A stretch of 64,000 bases of DNA from Clostridiales bacterium. Its GTDB lineage: Bacteria; Bacillota; Clostridia; Oscillospirales; CAG-272. The notes beneath the pieces are model-generated. The model did no database searches and was not told where the DNA came from. It was given only the letters and a program-made list of their open reading frames with translations. This document shows positions 9,398-17,849 of the stretch, piece after piece. Position numbers and translations under genes: made by a program. Where the stretch lies: positions 3,927-67,926 of the forward strand of contig DPGD01000048.1 in NCBI GenBank assembly GCA_003522145.1. Reading direction: 5' to 3'. The first letter of the stretch is position 1; each line of letters opens with the position of its first letter.

Positions 9398-10702
9398 TTA
9401 TCCAATGGCAAGAGTGCCTTCGGGATACCGTGCCCGTTCTCCTCTGCTGAAATACCAGAGAGAGGCAATGGTGAGAGGACCCAAACGGCCGATATACATG
9501 ACAATTATGGACAGCAGCTTTGCCTGCGTGCCCAGACTTCCGGTGATTCCTGTGGAAAGTCCCACGGTTCCGAAAGCACTGACCATTTCAAAAAGTGCGT
9601 CCATAAAGCCCAATTCCGGTTCCAGAATCACCAGAAGATAGGTGCTGGTCAGCACGACCCCTAAACCGATCACTGTAATGACGGCCGCTTTTCTGAATGC
9701 GGAAACAGGAAGAGAGTAGTGGAATGCTTTTTCCACCTTATTGGTGGCGGCGGATTTAATGCCCTCCAAAAGAGCGAAGAAGGTGGTGGTTTTGATGCCG
9801 CCGCCGGTGGAACCGGGCGAGGCGCCGATAAACATCAGCACGATGATCGTGAGGATGCCGGCTTTTGAAAATCCGCTCAGGGGATAGCTGGCAAAGCCTG
9901 CGGTTCTGGAGGAGACGCTGAAGAAAAACGCTCCCAGGAAGGAAACATTCTCGGTAAGCTTCAGAAGGATCGTTCCGCCCAGAATCAACACGGCGCTGAC
10001 CGAAAGGACAATTTTGGTATGCATGGAAAACTGCTTCCAGTGAAACCGCTTTTTAAGCACCTCGTGGATGACCAAGAACCCGATTCCTCCCAAAATCACC
10101 AAGGCACAGGTCACCAGATTGATATACACATGATCCTGGTAGGGAATCATGCTCTGCCCGCCTCCGAACACATCAAAGCCCGAATTGTTGAAGGAAGCTA
10201 TGGAATGGAAAAGACTGAGACCGATGGCTTTAGGCACCGAATATTGCCGGACAAAAACCGGAAAGCAAAGGATGGCTCCGGCGCCTTCAATCAAAAAGGT
10301 GGTGATAAATACGCTCTTCAGAAACCGCACGATTCCTTTCCCGGAATCCAGATTCATGGCTTCCTTCACGATTTTCCGTCCGCCTAAATCGATTCTTTTA
10401 CCGATGGCAAAGATGACACCGGTGCCCACAGCCGCCACACCCAAGCCGCCGATTTGAATCAGCGCCGCCAGAATTCCCTGGCCGAAGGCGGTAAAGGTAT
10501 CGCCTGGATCCACCGTGACAAGCCCCGTAACACAGACCGCACTGGCAGAGGTGTACAGGGAGTCCACATAGCTTAAATGCACCCCTTCCTTTATGCTGAA
10601 GGGAAGCATGAGAAGCCCCGACCCTATAAGAATGACCAAAACGAAGCTGAAGGAAATGATCCTCGCAGGGGACTGTTTTTTCAGAAATTTCATGATCATC
10701 AT
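9398..10702 (-). CDS. ktrB: K+ transporter membrane subunit TrkH/KtrB family
   Basis: Multi-pass membrane protein with repeated selectivity-filter-like GLxTxGxG segments (CVTGL, NNSGFD, SSRTAGF, TVGLSTG). Start could be any of three clustered ATGs at 10691-10702. Confidence 0.87.
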   Translation of the reverse strand: MMIMKFLKKQSPARIISFSFVLVILIGSGLLMLPFSIKEGVHLSYVDSLYTSASAVCVTGLVTVDPGDTFTAFGQGILAALIQIGGLGVAAVGTGVIFAIGKRIDLGGRKIVKEAMNLDSGKGIVRFLKSVFITTFLIEGAGAILCFPVFVRQYSVPKAIGLSLFHSIASFNNSGFDVFGGGQSMIPYQDHVYINLVTCALVILGGIGFLVIHEVLKKRFHWKQFSMHTKIVLSVSAVLILGGTILLKLTENVSFLGAFFFSVSSRTAGFASYPLSGFSKAGILTIIVLMFIGASPGSTGGGIKTTTFFALLEGIKSAATNKVEKAFHYSLPVSAFRKAAVITVIGLGVVLTSTYLLVILEPELGFMDALFEMVSAFGTVGLSTGITGSLGTQAKLLSIIVMYIGRLGPLTIASLWYFSRGERARYPEGTLAIG

Positions 10703-10877
10703 ATGTTTCGCTTTCCAAAGTTTTTGAAATCAGAATCCTTTCCTGTCGTTCTTCCCGACGCAGCAGAAAAAATATGCCTGCTCTGCCGAAGGGCCTCCCG
10801 CTCCAAAAGTGCGGGGACGGTCATGCTGGGCCGTCTGCCCCCGAAGGCATTGCCCTAAAGCCGGAAATTCATAGCTC

Positions 10878-11210
10878 TCAGAATTTGAGGAACCCCTCAA
10901 CATTCAGGATGAATACCGTGGTTCCGCCGGCGTGTACCTTTACGGGCACCGGGGAGCCCCCGGTGGAGACGGTGGGCAAAAAGGTGGTTTCCATCCGTTC
11001 CCCCGCATGGCATTTCAGAATGGAAAGGGCTTCGTCAAGCCGTTTGGCTTCCAGACCGATCATCAAAGTCACACTTTTTTTTCGGAGAAATCCGCCTGTG
11101 GTGCTGAGCAGCGTGGCATAGAAGCCGTGAGCGTTCAGGTCCTGCACCGTTTCCGCACAGTCTCTGCCGGAAAGGACGGCAAAAATCATTTTTTCACAAC
11201 AAATATCCAT
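10878..11210 (-). CDS. darA: PII-like cyclic-di-AMP receptor DarA (YaaQ/DUF970)
   Basis: 110 aa counted from internal ATG 11210. TLLSTTGGFLRKKSVTLMIGLE and HAGGTTVFILNVEGFLKF align by eye with B. subtilis YaaQ ([21 protein letters not shown] ... VGGATVFVLPVDEFHQF). Confidence 0.78.
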   Translation of the reverse strand: MDICCEKMIFAVLSGRDCAETVQDLNAHGFYATLLSTTGGFLRKKSVTLMIGLEAKRLDEALSILKCHAGERMETTFLPTVSTGGSPVPVKVHAGGTTVFILNVEGFLKF

Positions 11211-11240
11211 TATGTATACCTCCGACCGGATTCCGTCCGG

Positions 11241-11269
11241 ATTGTAGCACAAAATCAGGGAAAAATCAA
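11241..11269 (-). promoter_or_regulatory. sigma-A type promoter upstream of darA
   Basis: On the minus strand: TTGATT, 17 nt spacer, TACAAT. A short leader with GGAGG follows. Confidence 0.5.
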
Positions 11270-11503
11270 GAGCGGAAAAGCCCTCCTGCCAAATTTTGTC
11301 TACGGTCGGGAAGCCTGAACCTTCATCGGAAAAGGGAACCGGAAGGTTGAACCTGCCTGCCGGCAGAAATCAGCCAAAACCACAGAGGCAGAGAGGTTTT
11401 TGCAGAACCGGGCTACGGACCGTTTGTTATGATTCGGAACCGTTCCTTAATGCAAGGGGGGGCAGGAGCGGGCAGGCCTTTCTGAAAAGCCAGAAAAGCG
11501 AGC

Positions 11504-12406
11504 TTATTTCCGGTTTTCCGAAAGAATGCTTGCCAAAAAGCTCTTTGCGGCGGCAGAAAGAGGAAGATTTTCCGGATAGACCAAGCAAAAGGTCCTCGGA
11601 GGCGGAGGACAGGCCAGGGAGAACTCGTAAAGCTCTCCCTTTTGCAGAGCATCGGCGGCAAAATCACGCACCACCGAGCCGATGCCGATACCTCTTTTGG
11701 CAAACTCCAGAACCAGGTCGCTTGTGGCCAGCTCAATGGTGGGCCGGGGCAGTTTGTCTGCCCGGCAATGAACCCGGATGTGCTGATCCACATAGGCTCT
11801 CGTGCTGGTGGTCTTTTCCAGCATAATGAGCGGGAACTCGCTTAACTCCTCAAAGGAAAGGGGAGTGCTTTCCGGGCGAAAAGAGGGACTTGCCACAAAT
11901 ACATCCTGAATCTCCTTCACCGGCAAAGAAACCAGATGCTCCAGCTCAGACAAAGGTCCTGAAACCACGCACAGGTCGATATTTCCACCCTTAAGGGCGG
12001 AAAGGGTCTGGGGGGTGGGGGCGTTGGTCACCGAGAGATGAATGCCCGGATGATCCTGGTGGAATTTTTCAATGTAGTCCAAAAGAAAGAACTTTAAGGT
12101 CATATCGGAAGCGCCGATGCGCAGTTCGCCTCCCGCCAGCCCGGAAAATTCAAGGAGCTTGTCTTCCCCGGCCTCCAGAAAGGAAAAGGCGTTTTTCACA
12201 TAATCGAAAAGCACCCGGCCTTCGGGTGTGAGAGCGATGCCTCTGCTGGTCCGAAAAAACAGGACGGTGTGCAGTTCCTTTTCCAGATTGCCGATCATCG
12301 CACTGACAGCCGGCTGGGAAACATAGAGCTTTTTGGCGGCGGCGGAAATGCTGCCTGCCTTTGCAACCTCAAAAAAGTAGCGGTAAAGGGCCAGATTGTC
12401 GATCAT
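11504..12406 (-). CDS. LysR family transcriptional regulator
   Basis: N-terminal wHTH (FFEVAKAGSISAAAKKLYVSQPAVSAMI) plus a LysR substrate-binding domain. Its RBS overlaps the end of the upstream thioesterase gene. Confidence 0.87.
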   Translation of the reverse strand: MIDNLALYRYFFEVAKAGSISAAAKKLYVSQPAVSAMIGNLEKELHTVLFFRTSRGIALTPEGRVLFDYVKNAFSFLEAGEDKLLEFSGLAGGELRIGASDMTLKFFLLDYIEKFHQDHPGIHLSVTNAPTPQTLSALKGGNIDLCVVSGPLSELEHLVSLPVKEIQDVFVASPSFRPESTPLSFEELSEFPLIMLEKTTSTRAYVDQHIRVHCRADKLPRPTIELATSDLVLEFAKRGIGIGSVVRDFAADALQKGELYEFSLACPPPPRTFCLVYPENLPLSAAAKSFLASILSENRK

Positions 12407-12418
12407 CGGTTCTCCCCC

Positions 12419-13147
12419 TTAAAGATTCTCAAAGACCAACCGTCCTTCTGCGCAGAGCTGACCGTCGGAACGCCGGAAGCACCGGAGAAACCAGACGCCC
12501 TCTTCTTCGGCGGCAAACAGAGATAGAGTTTCCCCCAGGGGCGCTTCCGTCCGGTAGGAAACCGAAAGCTCCCGCAACCGTTTTCCTTCAAGGGGCAGTT
12601 TGTCGCAGAACAAATCGGGATAACGGGTATTGTTCATGTGTCGATTCCGGTCGCAAACGCTGTAGCCCACATAAAAGGAGCCAAAGTCCCGGAAGGCCAG
12701 ATCCTTCGGAATCCGGAACCGCAGGGGAACATCCGTCTCTTGGAAGGGGACGGTCGGGAAGGGCAGTCCGGCCTCTTCCACGGTGAGCAATTTTTTGTCT
12801 GAAATCTGTACAAGCGCCCAACTGGAAGAAAGCTCCGCCACCGGCCGTCCGTTTTTGTATAATTCCGAATTCCGGTAAAAAGTGACGCCCTTGCTTTGGC
12901 AGGGAGCCGTGCGGCAGAGAACCCGATCACCGGGGAAGAGCGGTTGGTGAACGGACAGGGAAACCCGTGAAAGAATGAACGCACAGTTCTTTTTCAGGCA
13001 ATCATCATAGCCAAAGCCCCCGCTCTCCACCTGCAAATTGGCGCATTCCTGCAAATAGCGCATATAGCCGGAGGGGCGCAGGACCCCATTGTAATCGCAA
13101 TCGTGGGAATTGATCTTCAGTTCGGTTTCAAAAGCGCAGTTCAGCAT
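12419..13147 (-). CDS. acyl-ACP thioesterase
   Basis: Double hot-dog layout with the CDYNGVLRPS start and CDRNRHMNNTRY motif typical of the Acyl-ACP_TE family. Confidence 0.78.
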   Translation of the reverse strand: MLNCAFETELKINSHDCDYNGVLRPSGYMRYLQECANLQVESGGFGYDDCLKKNCAFILSRVSLSVHQPLFPGDRVLCRTAPCQSKGVTFYRNSELYKNGRPVAELSSSWALVQISDKKLLTVEEAGLPFPTVPFQETDVPLRFRIPKDLAFRDFGSFYVGYSVCDRNRHMNNTRYPDLFCDKLPLEGKRLRELSVSYRTEAPLGETLSLFAAEEEGVWFLRCFRRSDGQLCAEGRLVFENL

Positions 13148-13194
13148 CGTAGCTTTTCCTTCCTTATAAATTCCGAGAAAGGACGGCAGAGCGT

Positions 13195-13929
13195 TCAGGC
13201 TTGGGCCGGTTTCTTCTCTTCATTCATCCGTTTTTTGATTTTTCTGAGATCTCGCAACATCTGAAAAGCATCCTTTGCGGGGTGAACGGAGGATTTTCCG
13301 TGGTGCAGGACCTTTACGGGCATTTCCCTGTAGGAAAGCTGTCGGGAGGTCGCTTTCAGAAGAATTTCTAAGTCAAAGGCAAAACCATAGGTTTCCAGTC
13401 CGGAAAATAATTTGAAGGCACAGCTTTGCTCGAACCCCTTGATTCCGCACTGGGAGTCGGAAAAGGGAATGCCGGCAACGGTTTTCACCACACGGAAATA
13501 GACCTTGGACATCATCCGCCGCAGGGCTGAGTAGCCGGTATATCCGTCGTCGGAAAGGGAACGGGAACCTACAATCAGTTGGGTTCCTTCGGTCTCAAAG
13601 GCAGAGAGAAAGACGAAAATCTCCTCAACGCCATAGGCTAAGTCGCAGTCTGTAAAAAGGACGAACCGGCCTTCGGCGCGGCACATGCCCTCTTTCAGCG
13701 CTCCGCCTTTTCCTCGGTTCTTTTCATAGGAAACCACCTTGAGGGAGGGGATTTCCGAAGCGCAACGCTGCAGAATCAGAAGACTGCCGTCGGAGCTTCC
13801 GTCATTGACCGCTACGATTTCCCATTCTCCCGGTATTTTTTCTTCCAACGCTCTTGAGAGGGTATGCAGAGTGGCGGGCAAAGCCTCTTCCTCGTTGTAA
13901 ATCGGCAGGACAACAGACAGTCGTATCAT
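13195..13929 (-). CDS. family 2 glycosyltransferase (polyprenyl-phosphate sugar transferase-like)
   Basis: LSVVLPIYNEE, VNDGSSDGS and TDCDLAY (DxD) motifs. Confidence 0.85.
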   Translation of the reverse strand: MIRLSVVLPIYNEEEALPATLHTLSRALEEKIPGEWEIVAVNDGSSDGSLLILQRCASEIPSLKVVSYEKNRGKGGALKEGMCRAEGRFVLFTDCDLAYGVEEIFVFLSAFETEGTQLIVGSRSLSDDGYTGYSALRRMMSKVYFRVVKTVAGIPFSDSQCGIKGFEQSCAFKLFSGLETYGFAFDLEILLKATSRQLSYREMPVKVLHHGKSSVHPAKDAFQMLRDLRKIKKRMNEEKKPAQA

Positions 13930-14125
13930 GTTTTTTGATCACTTTCCGCTTTTTTCAGCATTCCTTATGGAGGGCACTTTAAAAATTCCCCGTACATCGG
14001 GCATAGGCGTTTTTGCCTTGGGGCTCCGTTGCAAAAGGCCTTCATACACAAAGGATCCCTTCGCTCGTTTTGCGCCTCGTTCTTTGCAAGGACGCCTGCC
14101 GCCGAATAGGCCTTGAATCTTTAAG

Positions 14126-15226
14126 CTACCCTTGAATCATTTCCACCAAAACTCCGAAAACCATGCACCGTTCCTTGCTCAGGGTGGAATTGGCACAGGT
14201 GTAAAGCATGAGCACCCGGTCCGTACCGTAAAGCTCCAGATTCTCCTGTTGGTGCAGGGAAGCATTTTGAATCTCCCGCATCCGGTTATAGAAGGCCTCG
14301 GTGCTCGAATAATTCAGAATTCCGGTAGGGCACAGGGATGCGTCGGCGGTATAACAGGAGAAGACCTCATATTTCAGAATCGAGTCGGCCGTGCAGATAT
14401 AGATATATTGCCGCTTTTGGAACAGATTGGACTTTAAATAGCCCAACAACGCATTGAACATGGTTCCGTCGTTCCGCACATTGTGCCCATAGATCACGGT
14501 CAGGTCGTCCGACAGAAGCGTCCGGCTGTTCCGGTAATCCATGTAGATACTGCCGTAGCCGGTGGAATTCTTTTTGGGTCCGTGGTTCAGATAGAAATCG
14601 TTGTCCGTGCCCTGAACCAAGGGATATTCAATGTTGGTTCCGGGAATGGAAATCCAGCCGAAAATATCGTCATTGCCGTATTCTTTACGCATGGCGGCGT
14701 ATTTTATCTTCCATTCTGCCAGCGTATCCGCCGTCAGCCGCTCATCGTGGGGAGTCAGGTCCCGCAGCATGGTCAGAGGGTCGTTCGGGACGATGGCAGA
14801 AGAGGGATCGTCTCCTGAGTGGCTGGGTGTGACCGGAACGGTAGGATCATCCGGCGTGGTCAAAGGAGGCTCCGAAGGATAGACCACATTTCCCGCAATC
14901 AAAGCGTCGTAATCGGCGACGGCATAAATATCCCTGCAAAGCAAAAGGGCCTTGGGCGTTTCTTTATTGCTCTCAAAGGGCGAATAATTATTGGCGATGT
15001 CCTTATAATCCTGATTGGAACCCGAAAAATTCAGAAGATTCCGCACCACCTGGGCGGAGGACCAGAGGGCCACCCCCAACAGCGCTGCCGCCAGGAGAAC
15101 CCAGAGAAGCCAGAGGGCAAGCTCCTTCCCGCTTTTGCGGCGGGCTTTTACAGGAGGGGCAAGATCATCGGGAGTCAGTTCCTTCAAAGAGTCCTTAAAG
15201 AGATTTTCGTCGGGACGCTCGTTCAT
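14126..15226 (-). CDS. srtB: class B sortase with extended N-terminal region
   Basis: DIFGWISIPGTNIEYPLVQGTDNDFYLNH, YGHN and catalytic LMLYTC motifs. N-terminal TM helix followed by a roughly 150 aa Pro/Asp/Ser-rich linker. Confidence 0.8.
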   Translation of the reverse strand: MNERPDENLFKDSLKELTPDDLAPPVKARRKSGKELALWLLWVLLAAALLGVALWSSAQVVRNLLNFSGSNQDYKDIANNYSPFESNKETPKALLLCRDIYAVADYDALIAGNVVYPSEPPLTTPDDPTVPVTPSHSGDDPSSAIVPNDPLTMLRDLTPHDERLTADTLAEWKIKYAAMRKEYGNDDIFGWISIPGTNIEYPLVQGTDNDFYLNHGPKKNSTGYGSIYMDYRNSRTLLSDDLTVIYGHNVRNDGTMFNALLGYLKSNLFQKRQYIYICTADSILKYEVFSCYTADASLCPTGILNYSSTEAFYNRMREIQNASLHQQENLELYGTDRVLMLYTCANSTLSKERCMVFGVLVEMIQG

Positions 15227-15274
15227 ATTCTGCTCCTTTCTTCATCTTGGGGAAAAGGAAAATTCTTTGTTCGG

Positions 15275-16465
15275 TTATTTTAGACCGTAATGCTCTGCCA
15301 GCTTTTTAAAAGCAGGCAGGGAACGCTCAATGGTGTCTTTGGAAACGCAGTAGGCAATACGGGCATACCCCGGCAGACCGAAGCTTTCCGAGGGCACGAT
15401 CAGCAGATCCAGCTTTTTGGCCTCTTCGCAAAAGTCCCGATCGCTCCCGCCGGGCGCTTGGAGGAAGAGATAAAAGGCACCGTCAGGCTTGACGCAGGTA
15501 AAGCCCAGGGCGCAAAGGGCGTTGTAAAGCAGATCCCGGTTTTCCTTATAGGAAGAGACATCGGAGGTTTCGTCAAGACAGGACAAAAGCATTTTCTGGA
15601 AAAGCACCGGAGCGCACACATAGCCCAGCGCTCTTCCTGCCCCGCAGATGGCGGCGAACACCTTTTCTCTTTCCTCCGCCTCATGGCACAGGGCAATATA
15701 GCCGATCCGCTCGCCGGGCAGGGACAGAGCCTTGCTGTAGGAATAGCAGACCAGCGTGTTCCTGTAAAGATTCATGAGGTACGGGACCTGCACATTTCCG
15801 TAGACCAATTCTCTGTAGGGCTCGTCGGCAATGATCCAGATGGGCTTGCCCTGTTTTTCCGAAGCCTTTTGAAGCAGTGCGGCAATCTTGCAAAGATCCT
15901 CTTCGGAGATCACGGCTCCGGAGGGATTGTTGGGAGAGTTGAGAATGACGGCTCTGGTCCTGCTGTTCAAGGCCTGCTCCAGCTTTTCCAAATCGGGTGC
16001 AAAATCCTTTTCTCTTGCAGGTACCGAGCGCATTACACCGTTGGCTTTTTCGATGAATACCTTATATTCCGGGAAGTAGGGCGCCACCGTGATGACCTCC
16101 TCTCCTTCATCCAGCAGAGCGTGAAGAGAAATGGTCAGAGAGGCGGCGGCACCGCAGGTCATGTAAATATCGCCCGGGGTCTCTTTTGTGCCGAAGCGGG
16201 CATTGATGCTTTCGGCAACGGCCTTCCGCACCTCCGGGTCGCCTGCGGCAGAGGAATAGCCGTGCAGAACGGTGGGCTCGGTGTGTTCAAGCAGATCGAT
16301 AAGGGTCCGGTTGACCTTTTCGGGCGCCGGAATGGAGGGGTTTCCCAAGGAGAAATCGTATACATTTTCGGCGCCGACTTCGGCTTTCCGTTTCAGTCCG
16401 TACTCAAAGAGATCGCGAATGGCCGAGCGGCATTCGCCCAATTCAATCATTTTTTTGTTCGCCAT
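15275..16465 (-). CDS. class I/II pyridoxal-phosphate-dependent aminotransferase (aspartate aminotransferase-like)
   Basis: 396 aa with GNPS, NSPNNPSG and YSYSKALSLPGERIGY (PLP lysine) motifs. Confidence 0.88.
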   Translation of the reverse strand: MANKKMIELGECRSAIRDLFEYGLKRKAEVGAENVYDFSLGNPSIPAPEKVNRTLIDLLEHTEPTVLHGYSSAAGDPEVRKAVAESINARFGTKETPGDIYMTCGAAASLTISLHALLDEGEEVITVAPYFPEYKVFIEKANGVMRSVPAREKDFAPDLEKLEQALNSRTRAVILNSPNNPSGAVISEEDLCKIAALLQKASEKQGKPIWIIADEPYRELVYGNVQVPYLMNLYRNTLVCYSYSKALSLPGERIGYIALCHEAEEREKVFAAICGAGRALGYVCAPVLFQKMLLSCLDETSDVSSYKENRDLLYNALCALGFTCVKPDGAFYLFLQAPGGSDRDFCEEAKKLDLLIVPSESFGLPGYARIAYCVSKDTIERSLPAFKKLAEHYGLK

Positions 16466-16516
16466 TTTGTTCTTCCTTCTTCATCGGATGCCCGCAGGCA
16501 TCCGTTTTTTCAAGAG

Positions 16517-17656
16517 TTATCCTTCTTGCTCTTGGCTTACGGCGTTTTCTTCGGAGAAGTCTTCCGACAGGTCGGACGGAACAGGCTCCGGGGCAGGAGA
16601 GCTTTCTTCCGTTTCCTCCGGATGGTCTTCGTCTGTGCGGCTGTCGGGGTTCTCAGATGTAAGGCTGTCGGAATTTCCGGAGTCTTCTTGGGAGGCTTCG
16701 GCAGGTTCTGACGCCTTTTCCGGGAGGGGAGCACTCTCGGCGTTTTCGGAAAGCTCCTTTTGGACAGGCTTGCCAAGAGACTCCGCCTCGGTACACTCCT
16801 TGTCGGAAACCAGAGCGGGGTAGGCGGAAATCAGGGCGTATATTCCAAGGAAAAGCTTCACAATGGTATAAAAACTGGTCAGACCCAGAGAAAATCCGCA
16901 CTTTCCGCCAAAGGTCAGGATCAGCTTGGGCACGCATTCCGTAAAGGTGCAGAAAAAGGCGATCATTCCCATGGCGGCATAGGCCTTGGATACCGCTCTT
17001 TCGGGCAACTCCATGCGCAGCTCACTGAGAAAAAAGAGGGCGAGGGCGCACAGGGAGCAGACATTGGAAATCTTCGTGGGAGAAGAAAGGGGATCCAAGG
17101 AGAAAAAGTGATTCAGCAGCAATTGCAGGCAACACCATACCGGAATGAAAATGCCGACAAGGATGCGGGCGCTTCCTTTAAAGCGGTCGGTGAAAAGAGG
17201 AACCAGAAAATAGAGCGCAGAAATAAGAGCGCATCCGAGAGCGACCCATTGGAGCTTTCCGGTGGAAGCGGAAAGATTATAGGGGGTTACGGAAATTTTC
17301 TGTTTGCTCATCAGAAATTGCATCACCAGCAGGGAGAGAAGCCCAATGCCGCAGGCCGACTGCGCAAAGACTCGTCCGTAGGTGTTCGGGTCGCTTCGCC
17401 TGGGGGAGGAGCAGGGCTTTAAGAACAGCAGTGCAGACAGAAAAATCAGGACAGCCGCCGAAAAGAGAACGGTGAACAGGGTCAGGGGTACACCTTCCTG
17501 AAACAGAACCGAAGTGTAGATTCCGTCCACATTCAATAAATCCCCCTGCTTTAAGTACAGAGCCAAAAACCCTCCTGCCCCTGCAAGGGAGGCGATCAGA
17601 CAGAAAAACAGGTAGCTTTGTCCGATAACGCTTTTTTTGTTTCGTTCGGTATGCAT
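16517..17656 (-). CDS. hypothetical polytopic membrane protein with acidic C-terminal tail
   Basis: About 8 predicted TM helices, then about 85 aa of E/S/P/D-rich sequence. Start placed at ATG 17656, 5 nt after GAAGGAG. ATG 17674 has no RBS. Confidence 0.6.
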   Translation of the reverse strand: MHTERNKKSVIGQSYLFFCLIASLAGAGGFLALYLKQGDLLNVDGIYTSVLFQEGVPLTLFTVLFSAAVLIFLSALLFLKPCSSPRRSDPNTYGRVFAQSACGIGLLSLLVMQFLMSKQKISVTPYNLSASTGKLQWVALGCALISALYFLVPLFTDRFKGSARILVGIFIPVWCCLQLLLNHFFSLDPLSSPTKISNVCSLCALALFFLSELRMELPERAVSKAYAAMGMIAFFCTFTECVPKLILTFGGKCGFSLGLTSFYTIVKLFLGIYALISAYPALVSDKECTEAESLGKPVQKELSENAESAPLPEKASEPAEASQEDSGNSDSLTSENPDSRTDEDHPEETEESSPAPEPVPSDLSEDFSEENAVSQEQEG

Positions 17657-17685
17657 GGCAACTCCTTCTTTCATTTCATGAGTAC

Positions 17686-17714
17686 AGTATATACAATTCT
17701 CTATCGGAATTCAA
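17686..17714 (-). promoter_or_regulatory. sigma-A type promoter for the 16517-17656 gene
   Basis: On the minus strand: TTGAAT, 17 nt spacer, TATACT. Confidence 0.45.
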
Positions 17715-17849
17715 GGATTTTTCCGAAACTTTATGCAAATTCCCGAAAAGAATATTCCCAACCTCGGGCTTTCATCGGTCCGGCGGCTTTTTCGGCGGGG
17801 AACCGTGCCGGGTCAAAGGAAAAGGCTTTTGATTTTGCCGGAATTCTTT

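Noticed and set aside
10703-10877. Possible c-di-AMP (ydaO/kimA-type) riboswitch in the 175-nt gap upstream of ktrB
   Set aside because: The minus-strand RNA lacks the conserved elements of that class (GGGGGACCCA, GGUAGGG, CCCGAACCCG...CAGCUAACC, pseudo-twofold layout). Only generic G/C hairpins are present.
15290-16711. 473-aa plus-strand ORF. Similar long ORFs: 21151-22776 (+), 23016-24206 (+), 24260-25327 (-), 26906-28096 (-), 28253-29221 (-), 18003-19202 (+), 39428-40828 (-), 41537-42547 (-), 43083-44204 (-), 57223-58155 (-), 60202-60966 (-).
   Set aside because: Each lies antisense to a gene with unmistakable family motifs (aminotransferase, aspartate kinase, PnuC, pyrC, carB, helicase, SPOCS protein, spoIVB, pepT, pheS, pheT). 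Their translations are Arg/Gly/His/Pro-rich low-information sequence with no RBS or domain motifs. This is the typical shadow-ORF artefact of GC-rich coding DNA.
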